Under the pieces are notes generated by a model, which was not told the DNA's origin, made no database searches, and saw only the letters and a program-made list of their open reading frames with translations. Of a stretch of DNA of 32,000 nucleotides, positions 1 through 7,075 are shown piece after piece (within the stretch, counting starts at the first letter, position 1; every line of letters starts with the position of its first letter). The DNA is taken from NCBI RefSeq assembly GCF_000223395.1, contig NC_015931.1, positions 1,320,001 to 1,352,000 of the forward strand, in the 5' to 3' direction. Source of the DNA: Pyrolobus fumarii 1A. GTDB lineage: Archaea > Thermoproteota > Thermoprotei_A > Sulfolobales > Pyrodictiaceae. Made by a program: the position numbers and the translations under genes.

Positions 1-51
1 GACCTACCCGGGCTTGTAACCGGGCTTACGGTATACACGTTATCGCTGTAC

Positions 52-606
52 ATGTACGCCAGGTGCTCAAAAGCAGAAAGGACGCTGCTGCACATCCTCA
101 CTCTAGCACCGATGGCAGCCCTTCTTTACATTATCATGTCGTCTGTTGGCGCCAGCCTCTGGAGGACTACCACAGCCGAACTGATGCTACTCGGCGTATA
201 CATTGCGTCAATGGCTTGTGGGGCTTGCAGATCGACGAAGAGCGACGAGTGTAGCCTCATACCTCTCCTCGGGGCAGCCATCGCAGTGATGGTTGGCAGT
301 AGCACGGCGCTCTTGAATGTCCCGCTAACAAGACTCTTGGACAACCTCGCAATTTACATTACAGTTGGTGTCATAGGATGGTCTGTGAACACCTCGTTCC
401 TCCTGCTAGGTAGTAGAGCGTCTAAACTCGTCGAGACGATAGCACTTGCGCCCGAGACTAGGATGGCCGCTGGCCTTGCACTGTTGAGCGTTGGGCTGGA
501 GACAGCCGGACTGGCCCATTCGCATCTGACCCTTGCCCTGGTTGCAGGCGGGGCTGTCGCCGCGCTCCTCAACACTGCACTGAGAGGACAGGAGGCTGAA
601 GTTTAG
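52..606 (+). CDS. multi-pass membrane protein of unknown function
   Basis: ATG-initiated 184-aa ORF with several hydrophobic spans (LLHILTLAPMAALLYIIM, IPLLGAAIAVMVG, ITVGVIGWSV, LALVAGGAVAALL). I recognise no family motif. Confidence 0.45.
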   Translation: MYARCSKAERTLLHILTLAPMAALLYIIMSSVGASLWRTTTAELMLLGVYIASMACGACRSTKSDECSLIPLLGAAIAVMVGSSTALLNVPLTRLLDNLAIYITVGVIGWSVNTSFLLLGSRASKLVETIALAPETRMAAGLALLSVGLETAGLAHSHLTLALVAGGAVAALLNTALRGQEAEV

Positions 607-678
607 AACTGTGTAGGGAAGAGGCCTAGCTGGGGGATGAGTGGAATAGGCCTCTGCTGAGAAACCGATGAGGACGCT

Positions 679-1107
679 TTAGGCCGACGACCCCGCAGCT
701 CTAGCCCTAGCCTTCTCACTCTTCTCTATGAGTATGGCGTTGATTACGCCGTCCTGGCCTGGTCTCGAGGTCACCCTAGCCTTGCCAAGCTCGGTCTCTA
801 TGATCGCACCCTTGGTTATGATTCCACGGCGAGCATAGTGCGGGTTTGACGGTGTCTCGATGACGCGTAGTATCCTAACCTTCTGAGCCTTCTTGGTCTC
901 CGGGTCAATGACGTTCGCGTAGGCTGCAACCTTCAGCCTTATCTTGTAGTTACCGCCGCGGACACGGATATGCCTCCTAACGTCACGGTCGCCTAGGCGC
1001 GTCTCGGTCGGGAACCTACCCATCCAGTACTTCCTCTTCACTTTCCGGTGAGGCCTCTTACGACCACCACTTGGCTTCTTGAGGTCGTTGCCCTGGTATA
1101 CGCCCAT
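679..1107 (-). CDS. rps8e: 30S ribosomal protein S8e
   Basis: [39 protein letters not shown]...[12 protein letters not shown] is the typical S8e N-terminus and core. The ATG is at 1105-1107 on the minus strand. Confidence 0.9.
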   Translation of the reverse strand: MGVYQGNDLKKPSGGRKRPHRKVKRKYWMGRFPTETRLGDRDVRRHIRVRGGNYKIRLKVAAYANVIDPETKKAQKVRILRVIETPSNPHYARRGIITKGAIIETELGKARVTSRPGQDGVINAILIEKSEKARARAAGSSA

Positions 1108-1147
1108 CTAGGCCACCCGCGAGAAACGCGGTCGCTTAACCTCCCTT

Positions 1148-1681
1148 TTAGCCTCCACGGGGGTATAGGCCCGGCTCCAGCAATGGAATCAGCGCCATCA
1201 CTACCGCATAGTATGTCAATTCCAGCCTGGTTACAACGCCGCGCGTGAGATACCCGATGATGCCCAGCACCCTACCTATATCACTGCGTTTGAGTTCACC
1301 CGATGCCACATGCCCTAGCGGCTCGCCACGAGCAAGTCTGGGTATCCATACACGCGGGGGCTCAAAGGCAGGGCTGAACCCAACACCAACGACGCCACTC
1401 CTATCAACGATAACCGCTATCTGCACATCAACCCAGCCTGTCGGCGTGGGGGCCTCCACGAGACCAGCTTCTATACCAACACCATAGTCAGCCTTTGTCT
1501 TCTCTAAAGCACGCGTTGCACGGTTAAACGCACCCTTGTATGTCTCTTCGATACCTCGAGGCTGACTGGATACACCCGAGTCTACCTCCACTGGGATTAT
1601 TTCAGCCTCACCAATCAGCCTCCAGGCTCTCTTAACAGCCTCCACCTTCACGGGGTTAGTGGAGCCCACTGCTACCCTCAT
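1148..1681 (-). CDS. inosine/xanthosine triphosphatase-type NTPase (DUF84/YjjX family)
   Basis: MRVAVGSTNPVKVEAVKRAW...VDSGVSSQPRGIEETYKGAFNRA...GVGIEAGLV matches the YjjX/NTPase_I-T pattern. I trimmed the track ORF (1148..1864) to the internal ATG at 1681, because the upstream 61 codons are Arg/Ala/His-rich and overlap the divergent gene. Confidence 0.75.
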   Translation of the reverse strand: MRVAVGSTNPVKVEAVKRAWRLIGEAEIIPVEVDSGVSSQPRGIEETYKGAFNRATRALEKTKADYGVGIEAGLVEAPTPTGWVDVQIAVIVDRSGVVGVGFSPAFEPPRVWIPRLARGEPLGHVASGELKRSDIGRVLGIIGYLTRGVVTRLELTYYAVVMALIPLLEPGLYPRGG

Positions 1682-1768
1682 GCCACGCCGCCCGGGAGCA
1701 ACCGGTGACGATATAGGTATAGCTTGTGTTAGTCGCTCATCACGGACGGTTGTAGACGGTGCAAGTAT

Positions 1769-2686
1769 ATGCTGGTGAGCAAGTGTCCTGAGCCGGTGCA
1801 ACTCACGCATAACGTCACGCTGGGCGACGCGTGCGGCCCTGTTGCAAGACGCGCAGCTGTACACGATAAGGTGCTTATAGTAGGCGAGGAGTATGAGGCT
1901 GAGCCCCGCGCCGAGCTATACCGTAGGCTTGGTGTTGATGTTGTAGTCTACCCGCTCGGCGCGGGTAAAGCACCAACTCTAGTTAGTCTTCTCCGGCTAT
2001 TGTCGGATCTGCTGCCGTCACCGCACGAGAAGCTTCTTATCGAGGGTTTTGGCGGTGAGGGTGTCGTTGCAGCTGCACTGCTCATGATCGTGGATGGCGT
2101 CTCGGCTAGGGAGGCTGCTAGTCGAGTACTTAGTCTTGGCCATGGGTTGACGACGCCTCTAGAGTCGCGACTGTTATACATCCTAGAGAAGGTGCTGGAG
2201 ACGAGCCCAGGTGGGGCGCGCCAACTATTCGAGGTGGTGAAGAGGGGATATGAGAGGGGATTTACGCATGGAGATGCGCATGCTAGCAGCGTGGCTGAAC
2301 TTGCTGTGGAGGTTAACGATGCTCTTAGCAGACTAGGGTACTTCACTGGTCTCACACCCTACACGCTCTTCCAGAGCGCGCTACTAGAGCCGGACGAGCC
2401 TCGTGACCCGGTACACGCCATAGCTTCGGCTCTGGATTCTACTCTAGTCGGGGCCGTGAAGACAGTCGCGTTTATCCGCGAAGGGAACAAGCTAGAGGTG
2501 CTAGTGGGCTGCGAGACACTGATGCATAGGGAGCAGTGTTGGCCCGAGGTTGAGGCGGCGAGGCAAAGGATAGAGGCTATAGCCAAGAAGGCCGGGTTCC
2601 GCAGCGTTACCTACATCATGGCCCCTCCGGAGGAGGTTGCATGCATTCTCTACAGGGATGTTGATCGGGGATTATGCGAGGAGTAG
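1769..2686 (+). CDS. hypothetical protein; the N-terminal half resembles a dual-specificity-phosphatase fold without the catalytic Cys/Arg
   Basis: 305-aa ORF starting at ATG 1769 (an alternative GTG is at 1871). VVVYPLGAGKAPT...HEKLLIEGFGGEGVVAAALLMIVDGVSAREAASRV parallels the DSP layout ...VLVHCxxGxxRS..aaYLM...s..eA, but has EGFGGEG in place of HCxxGxxR. Confidence 0.5.
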   Translation: MLVSKCPEPVQLTHNVTLGDACGPVARRAAVHDKVLIVGEEYEAEPRAELYRRLGVDVVVYPLGAGKAPTLVSLLRLLSDLLPSPHEKLLIEGFGGEGVVAAALLMIVDGVSAREAASRVLSLGHGLTTPLESRLLYILEKVLETSPGGARQLFEVVKRGYERGFTHGDAHASSVAELAVEVNDALSRLGYFTGLTPYTLFQSALLEPDEPRDPVHAIASALDSTLVGAVKTVAFIREGNKLEVLVGCETLMHREQCWPEVEAARQRIEAIAKKAGFRSVTYIMAPPEEVACILYRDVDRGLCEE

Positions 2687-2696
2687 CGGTCTAAAA

Positions 2697-2915
2697 CTAG
2701 TAGTTGCCTAGGCTCTCTTCAAGCTTCTCTTCTAGGCTGCGTCTAACCTTCTCGGGCAGCCTCTCGTCAAGCTCGCCCTCACGCAGCTTTACGAGTATCT
2801 CTTCGGCGCTCGCGTCGCTAGCAAGCCTCACCTCTACAACCTCGCCCTTCTCCTCGTCGTAGATTACCTCTGCGCCTTCCTCTAGGAGGATACGCTTCTT
2901 TCTCTCGTCTGCCAC
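2697..2915 (-). CDS. small acidic hypothetical protein (72 aa)
   Basis: ATG ORF rich in Glu/Lys (MADERKKRILLEEGAEVIYDEEKGEVVEV...). The composition is protein-like, but I recognise no motif. Confidence 0.45.
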   Translation of the reverse strand: MADERKKRILLEEGAEVIYDEEKGEVVEVRLASDASAEEILVKLREGELDERLPEKVRRSLEEKLEESLGNY

Positions 2916-2952
2916 GGGTCTCCACCAAACATGTATACACTAGAGCCTCTGG

Positions 2953-3774
2953 TTACTGAGCCTTACCCTCTCCACGCACCGCGCGGTAAATCAAAGGAGC
3001 TATTGTCAGAGCTATTGCCATTACGACTCCCCAGGCTAGCACCGATAACGTGGAGGCTACGGTCTCGAACCTCGCGAATATAGCGGCAAGTCCCGTCGTC
3101 GCGAATACTAGGTATACGGTGAACTTGGCGTATGGCGCTATCTGCGAGAAATCTGGATGCCTCTTGACGAGCTCGTCGACAATAACCTCGCCCATATACA
3201 CGCCTAGCCCAATCACTATGACGCCCAGCATAAGCGGGTAGAACACATCGCCCTGCAGCAGCATGAGGTTCAAGGCTATCGTGACAACAACTATTAGCAA
3301 GCTAAGCGCCAAGAGTGTTTCTACAAGTTTCGCTACCTTCTCGTCACCCACGACACTCCTCAACACTTTCCCAGTGTACTTTGAGAGGGCTGATGCGAGC
3401 AGCATTCCAAGTAAGAGCACGGCTATGCCGCCCACAAGCCTAGGAAGGTAGAGCGCAACGTCGAGCAATAACTGCCAGGTTATGTTGTGGACGCCGGTGT
3501 ACTCCACAGCCGCGAGAAAGACAATGGAGAAGACGAAGGCTTTCACAAGGCCGCCTATCACTGCAAAAACGTCAACACCCGCTTTTGACAATGCACGGCC
3601 AACGTCGGTCTCGTCAAGAAGCCTACCAAGATTCCTTCTAAGCATCTTTACGACGATTCTAGAGGTTAGGGAGCCTGCCAGGTAGCCACCCAATACGCCA
3701 CCTACGAGCAACAGTAGCAGCGACGAGGCCGCTGCCACAACAACACCGAGCATGCCAGCTTCAATAGCCACCAT
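2953..3774 (-). CDS. integral membrane protein with conserved-TM-helix-type repeats
   Basis: I trimmed the track ORF (2953..4071) to ATG 3774 (MVAIEAGMLGVVVAAASSLLLL...). Segments such as YLPRLVGGIAVLLLGMLLASALSKYTGKVL resemble the conserved TM helix repeat seen in MscS-related proteins. A TTTATA box lies about 34 nt upstream on this strand. Confidence 0.6.
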   Translation of the reverse strand: MVAIEAGMLGVVVAAASSLLLLLVGGVLGGYLAGSLTSRIVVKMLRRNLGRLLDETDVGRALSKAGVDVFAVIGGLVKAFVFSIVFLAAVEYTGVHNITWQLLLDVALYLPRLVGGIAVLLLGMLLASALSKYTGKVLRSVVGDEKVAKLVETLLALSLLIVVVTIALNLMLLQGDVFYPLMLGVIVIGLGVYMGEVIVDELVKRHPDFSQIAPYAKFTVYLVFATTGLAAIFARFETVASTLSVLAWGVVMAIALTIAPLIYRAVRGEGKAQ

Positions 3775-3803
3775 ACTCTCGCCCCTTTGGCGGCAACACA
3801 ACC

Positions 3804-3812
3804 GCCTATAAA
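3804..3812 (-). promoter_or_regulatory. TATA box (CTTTATAGG on the minus strand) for the membrane protein gene
   Basis: A canonical archaeal TTTATA is centred about 34 nt upstream of ATG 3774, which implies a very short leader. Confidence 0.4.
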
Positions 3813-3817
3813 GAGCC

Positions 3818-4078
3818 GCTAGGGTTGATAGGGTTGGAACCGGGCCTCTCGGGTGCCAACCGGGGCCCTGACCGGGCCGCAACGGCCCATGGATGAGGGC
3901 GCCCTGCGCGCCGGAACACCCACTCGGCACGATCCTCATTTTGTAAGCGTTAAACCCCTGGTCTTTGGGTAACCACACCTCATAATGGCTGTGAGGATAC
4001 CGCTGGGAGCGGCGTCTGAGGAATTCCGATGACGTATCGGAGGGGATTCCCGAGCCGCCATCTACACCCAACCCTAGC
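3818..4078. other. ORF-free GC-rich structured element bounded by a perfect 10-bp inverted repeat (candidate ncRNA or MITE-like element)
   Basis: GCTAGGGTTG (3818-3827) is the exact reverse complement of CAACCCTAGC (4069-4078). Internal hairpins are GGGCCG-CAA-CGGCCC (3874-3888) and an 11-bp compound hairpin at 4020-4050, flanked by GCGGC/GCCGC (4009-4013/4054-4058) and followed by ACA (4064-4066). Confidence 0.3.
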
Positions 4079-4143
4079 TGGTGATGAGCGCGCCCTTCGT
4101 GTCGAGGCAGCTGCCGATGAGAGAAGGTCCCATTACTGAAGCT
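4076..4143 (+). ncRNA. candidate C/D box sRNA (weaker candidate)
   Basis: There is a perfect C box GUGAUGA (4081-4087) and a perfect D box CUGA (4136-4139). A C'-like CGAUGA is at 4115-4120, and AGCU/AGCU flanks (4076-4079/4140-4143) can pair. Against it, D' is degenerate and the C'-D spacer is 15 nt rather than 12. Confidence 0.35.
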
Positions 4144-4204
4144 TCTCGGCTACAAGGGCAACGACAGACTCTACTACCTTGTTTAAGATGAAGACGTCCA
4201 CTTG

Positions 4205-4210
4205 TTTATA
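4205..4210 (+). promoter_or_regulatory. TATA box (TTTATA) upstream of the glmM-like gene
   Basis: TTTATA lies about 35-40 nt upstream of TTG 4245 in an AT-rich stretch. Confidence 0.4.
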
Positions 4211-4244
4211 CGCATATCACATTTTCTGCTCTAACTATTCATTA

Positions 4245-5633
4245 TTGGGGTGTTGCATCCTGGGCAGGCTCTTCGGCACAGACGGTGTACGCGGTGTTGT
4301 GAACCGCGAACTCACCGTTGAACTGGCTTTGAAGCTCGGCCTTGCTATCGGCACATGGTTTGGTACCGGTTCACGCATTCTAGTTGGTCGCGACGTGCGT
4401 GTGGGTGGCGATGCTCTAATGCATGCTGTCATAGCTGGTCTCGAAGCTGTAGGATGTAAGGTGTATGTTGCTGGCTTGGCACCTACACCAGCTATCCAAT
4501 ACGCTGTCCGAAAGCATGGTTTTGACGGTGGCGTTATAGTCACCGCTAGCCACAACCCGCCAGAGTACAACGGCGTCAAGGTTGTCGGTTCGGATGGTGT
4601 TGAGATCCCACGCGAGGCTGAGAGGGAGATAGAGGAGATATTCTTCGGTTCACGCTGGCGGTACGCCTCGTGGAAGAGCTTCGTATGGGAGGCCAAGCCG
4701 TGGCCTAACGTCATAGAGGATTACGTGGATGCTGTTGCATCGATGGTCGACGACGAGGCTATACGTAGGCGTGGTTTCCGCGTAGTTGTTGACGCGGCGA
4801 ATAGCGTTGGCACACTAGCCACACCAAGAGTCCTTCAGAAGCTGGGAGTCAAGGTCTACACCGTGAACAGCGACCTAAACCCGCTCTTCCCGGGCAGGGA
4901 GCCCGAGCCGACACCAGATACACTACGCGAGACTAGACGCATAGTAGCAGAGCTCAACACAGACCTGGGCGTGGGCCACGATGGTGATGCGGACCGCGCA
5001 ATCATAATCGATGAGAAGGGTGAAGCCTGGTGGGGCGACCGTACCGGCGCGCTCCTAGCTGCTCACGTATCCGAGCGGCATCCAGAGCTTCCAAAGAGGG
5101 TGTTTACCGGCGTATCTTCAAGCACGCTGGTCGAGGAGTACCTATCGAGGTTCAACATAGAGGTTCGCTGGACACCCGTGGGGAGCGTAGTGATATCCAG
5201 GATGCTGATTAGAGAGGGTGGTATAGCCGGGTTTGAGGAGAACGGCGGCTACATGCACCCGCTCCACCAACCGGTAAGAGACGGGGCAATGACAACAGCA
5301 TTGTTCCTCGAGCTCATGGCGCACGAGGGTGTGAAGGCATCCGAACTCTTCGACAGATTACCAAAGTACTACGCTGTAAAGACAAAGGTGCCGATGCCAC
5401 GTGAGAAGGCAGTAGAGGTCGTCAACGAGGTTAAGAAGCACTTCTCTGGCCAACGTATGGTGACAATCGACGGCGTCAAGGTGTTTGGCGACGGATGGTG
5501 GTTCCTTGTTAGACCCTCTGGTACAGAGCCTGTGCTCAGGATAATGGTGGAGGCTAGGAGTCCCGAGGAGGCTAAGAGGCTCGCAGAAGAGTTGAAGAAA
5601 CTCGTAGAGGAGATTGCTAGGAGTAAGGCCTAG
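4245..5633 (+). CDS. glmM: phosphoglucosamine mutase / phosphohexomutase (alpha-D-phosphohexomutase superfamily)
   Basis: The family hallmarks are present: N-terminal LFGTDGVRG, active-site TASHNPPEYNGVKV and metal-binding GHDGDADR. I moved the start from 4179 to the in-frame TTG at 4245, because the preceding codons are AT-rich, Cys-rich and contain the TATA box. I cannot separate GlmM from PMM/PGM specificity using sequence alone. Confidence 0.85.
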   Translation: MGCCILGRLFGTDGVRGVVNRELTVELALKLGLAIGTWFGTGSRILVGRDVRVGGDALMHAVIAGLEAVGCKVYVAGLAPTPAIQYAVRKHGFDGGVIVTASHNPPEYNGVKVVGSDGVEIPREAEREIEEIFFGSRWRYASWKSFVWEAKPWPNVIEDYVDAVASMVDDEAIRRRGFRVVVDAANSVGTLATPRVLQKLGVKVYTVNSDLNPLFPGREPEPTPDTLRETRRIVAELNTDLGVGHDGDADRAIIIDEKGEAWWGDRTGALLAAHVSERHPELPKRVFTGVSSSTLVEEYLSRFNIEVRWTPVGSVVISRMLIREGGIAGFEENGGYMHPLHQPVRDGAMTTALFLELMAHEGVKASELFDRLPKYYAVKTKVPMPREKAVEVVNEVKKHFSGQRMVTIDGVKVFGDGWWFLVRPSGTEPVLRIMVEARSPEEAKRLAEELKKLVEEIARSKA

Positions 5634-6544
5634 CCGCGGATTATAGGCATCTTTATCAATGCCTCGTAATACTCTCCGTTGAACAGCTTTGTCTTCACGC
5701 CTCTCTCTTGTAGCCTAGCATTTACATCCTCGGCCTTGAGACTGCGTGGGTCGTGGACCTTCGAAGCCAGTATGAAGTTGTTGGCGTACCCGAACTCTGG
5801 CACCCATACCATGTACTCCTCGACATGCTTGAATACGCTCCTGATGTTCTCTAGCACCATGTCATACACATCGCGGTAGAAGAAGCTGTTGCCCGCTTGC
5901 GTCACGAGAACGCCATCATCGCTTAGTATGCTGCTTAGTTTTGAGAAGAACTCGCGACTGTAGAGACCCTTGGACACCTCCGGCCCGTACGGGTCGGTCA
6001 AGTCCATTATGATGACATCGAACTTCTCACCACGCTTTAGGCACTCCTCCACGTACTTCATGCCATCCTCTATCACAACCTCGGAGCGCGGATCGTCAAA
6101 TGCACCCTGGTGCCACTCTTGCAGGTACTTCTTGGCAGCCTCTACGACCATCTCGTCGATGTCCACCATTACAGCCTTCTCTACAGTCTTGTGCTTGAGC
6201 ACCTCTCGTAGTGTCGCGCCCTCACCACCGCCTAGGATGAGCACCCGGCGCGGGTTGGGGTGTAGCACCATAGCTGGGTGAACAAGGCTCTCGTGGTAGA
6301 TGTACTCGGTGCGCTCGCTACTCTGGATGAGCCCGTCTAGGACCAGCGCTTTGCCGAAGTCTTCTATCTCCGCGACCATTATGTACTGGTAGGGGCTCTT
6401 AGCCTGGTATAGGACGCGCTTAACCTTAAACCCCATGAGTACGTTGTGACCAACACTCTCCATGAGGAGCAGCTCATTACCTATTATTACAGCCATGCCG
6501 GGATTGACACACATCCAGCCCTCCGGACACCGCCTCTCGCTCAC
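5630..6544 (-). CDS. speE: spermidine synthase / polyamine aminopropyltransferase
   Basis: SPYQYIMVAEIEDFGKALVLDGLIQSSERTEYIYHESLVHPAM and VLILGGGEGATLREVLKH...VMVDIDEMVVEAAKKYL are classic SpeE motifs. Confidence 0.85.
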   Translation of the reverse strand: MSERRCPEGWMCVNPGMAVIIGNELLLMESVGHNVLMGFKVKRVLYQAKSPYQYIMVAEIEDFGKALVLDGLIQSSERTEYIYHESLVHPAMVLHPNPRRVLILGGGEGATLREVLKHKTVEKAVMVDIDEMVVEAAKKYLQEWHQGAFDDPRSEVVIEDGMKYVEECLKRGEKFDVIIMDLTDPYGPEVSKGLYSREFFSKLSSILSDDGVLVTQAGNSFFYRDVYDMVLENIRSVFKHVEEYMVWVPEFGYANNFILASKVHDPRSLKAEDVNARLQERGVKTKLFNGEYYEALIKMPIIRG

Positions 6545-6589
6545 GGCACAGCACCGTGCGGTATCCCGGGCTTAGCCCCTTTAGTGTGG

Positions 6590-7039
6590 CTACTCCTCCT
6601 CACCGCTCTCGCTAAGATTCCAGGGCTTGCCGCCCTTCACTATCTTCTCTGGCAGGCGATCAGCATACTTGCGCAAGAAGCGCAGATCCTCGCCCTTCTT
6701 TCGCAGCTCGTCGGGGAGCATCCTCGGTATCTCGTCGATTATCGGGTACCAACGGCCGCAGTTAGGACAGTATATCACACCAGTCACGACCTCCACCTTG
6801 AGACACTCGAGGCACAAGTTCTTCTCGCGTATCTCCTCCTTTGCCTGCTCTATAGACTGTCCTATCGGCTGTTGGAGCCTATAGCAGTAGAGTTCGCAGA
6901 GGGGAGGCTCGTACTGCTCCAGTAGCTTCTTTATCTGCTCCTCGCGCTCAGGATACTCACGCGTCTCTATGACATAGAGTTCGAGTGGGAAGTGGCGACA
7001 CATGGGGCACGCAGCAATGTCCATGAACCTATACTTCAA
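6590..7039 (-). CDS. Trm112-like zinc-ribbon protein with an inserted helical/Cys-containing domain
   Basis: N-terminal CPMC plus C-terminal VIYCPNCGRWYPIIDEIPRMLPDE is the Trm112/DUF343 signature. About 70 residues are inserted between the two halves of the ribbon. Confidence 0.6.
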   Translation of the reverse strand: MKYRFMDIAACPMCRHFPLELYVIETREYPEREEQIKKLLEQYEPPLCELYCYRLQQPIGQSIEQAKEEIREKNLCLECLKVEVVTGVIYCPNCGRWYPIIDEIPRMLPDELRKKGEDLRFLRKYADRLPEKIVKGGKPWNLSESGEEE

Positions 7040-7075
7040 GTTTCTCTCCCAGCATTGGTTAGGAACCCGGGAGTA

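Noticed and set aside
7-24. Hairpin CCCGG-GCUUGUAA-CCGGG at the window edge, whose loop contains CU-UGU-AA like a tRNA-Thr anticodon loop.
   Set aside because: The only consistent 5-bp stem leaves an 8-nt loop. No T-arm (GGTTCRAATCC-like) or acceptor sequence follows on either strand.
634-687. A C/D-like arrangement (GGGAUGA ... CUGA ... CGAUGA ... CCGA) in the convergent gap before rps8e, alongside an 8-bp inverted repeat AGAGGCCT/AGGCCTCT (620-627/648-655).
   Set aside because: Both the C and D boxes carry mismatches. The C-D' spacer is 16 nt, and the 3' end would run into the rps8e stop codon. The inverted repeat is more simply a bidirectional transcript-end hairpin.
3775-4071. The N-terminal 99-codon extension of the membrane-protein ORF (track 2953..4071).
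   Set aside because: The extension is R/G/P/S-rich and not protein-like. A canonical TTTATA box lies inside it, at the right distance from ATG 3774. The DNA also shows hairpins and inverted repeats more typical of RNA or regulatory sequence.
3818-4078. Whether the structured element is SRP (7S) RNA or RNase P RNA.
   Set aside because: I searched both strands by eye for the SRP helix-8 motif (GGUCAGG...GNAR...AGCAGC) and for RNase P CR-I/CR-V (GAGGAAAGUCC, ACAGAAnnnGGCUUA). Only vague resemblances turned up (GGUCAGGGCC, GAGAGAAGGUCCC, the latter in the wrong position). The length of about 260 nt is also short, so I assigned no class.
4179-4244. The track start (TTG 4179 / ATG 4188) for the glmM-like gene.
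   Set aside because: The extra 22 codons (MFKMKTSTCLYAYHIFCSNYSLL) are AT-rich, contain a TTTATA box and precede the conserved LFGTDGVRG N-terminus by an atypical distance. I preferred the in-frame TTG 4245.
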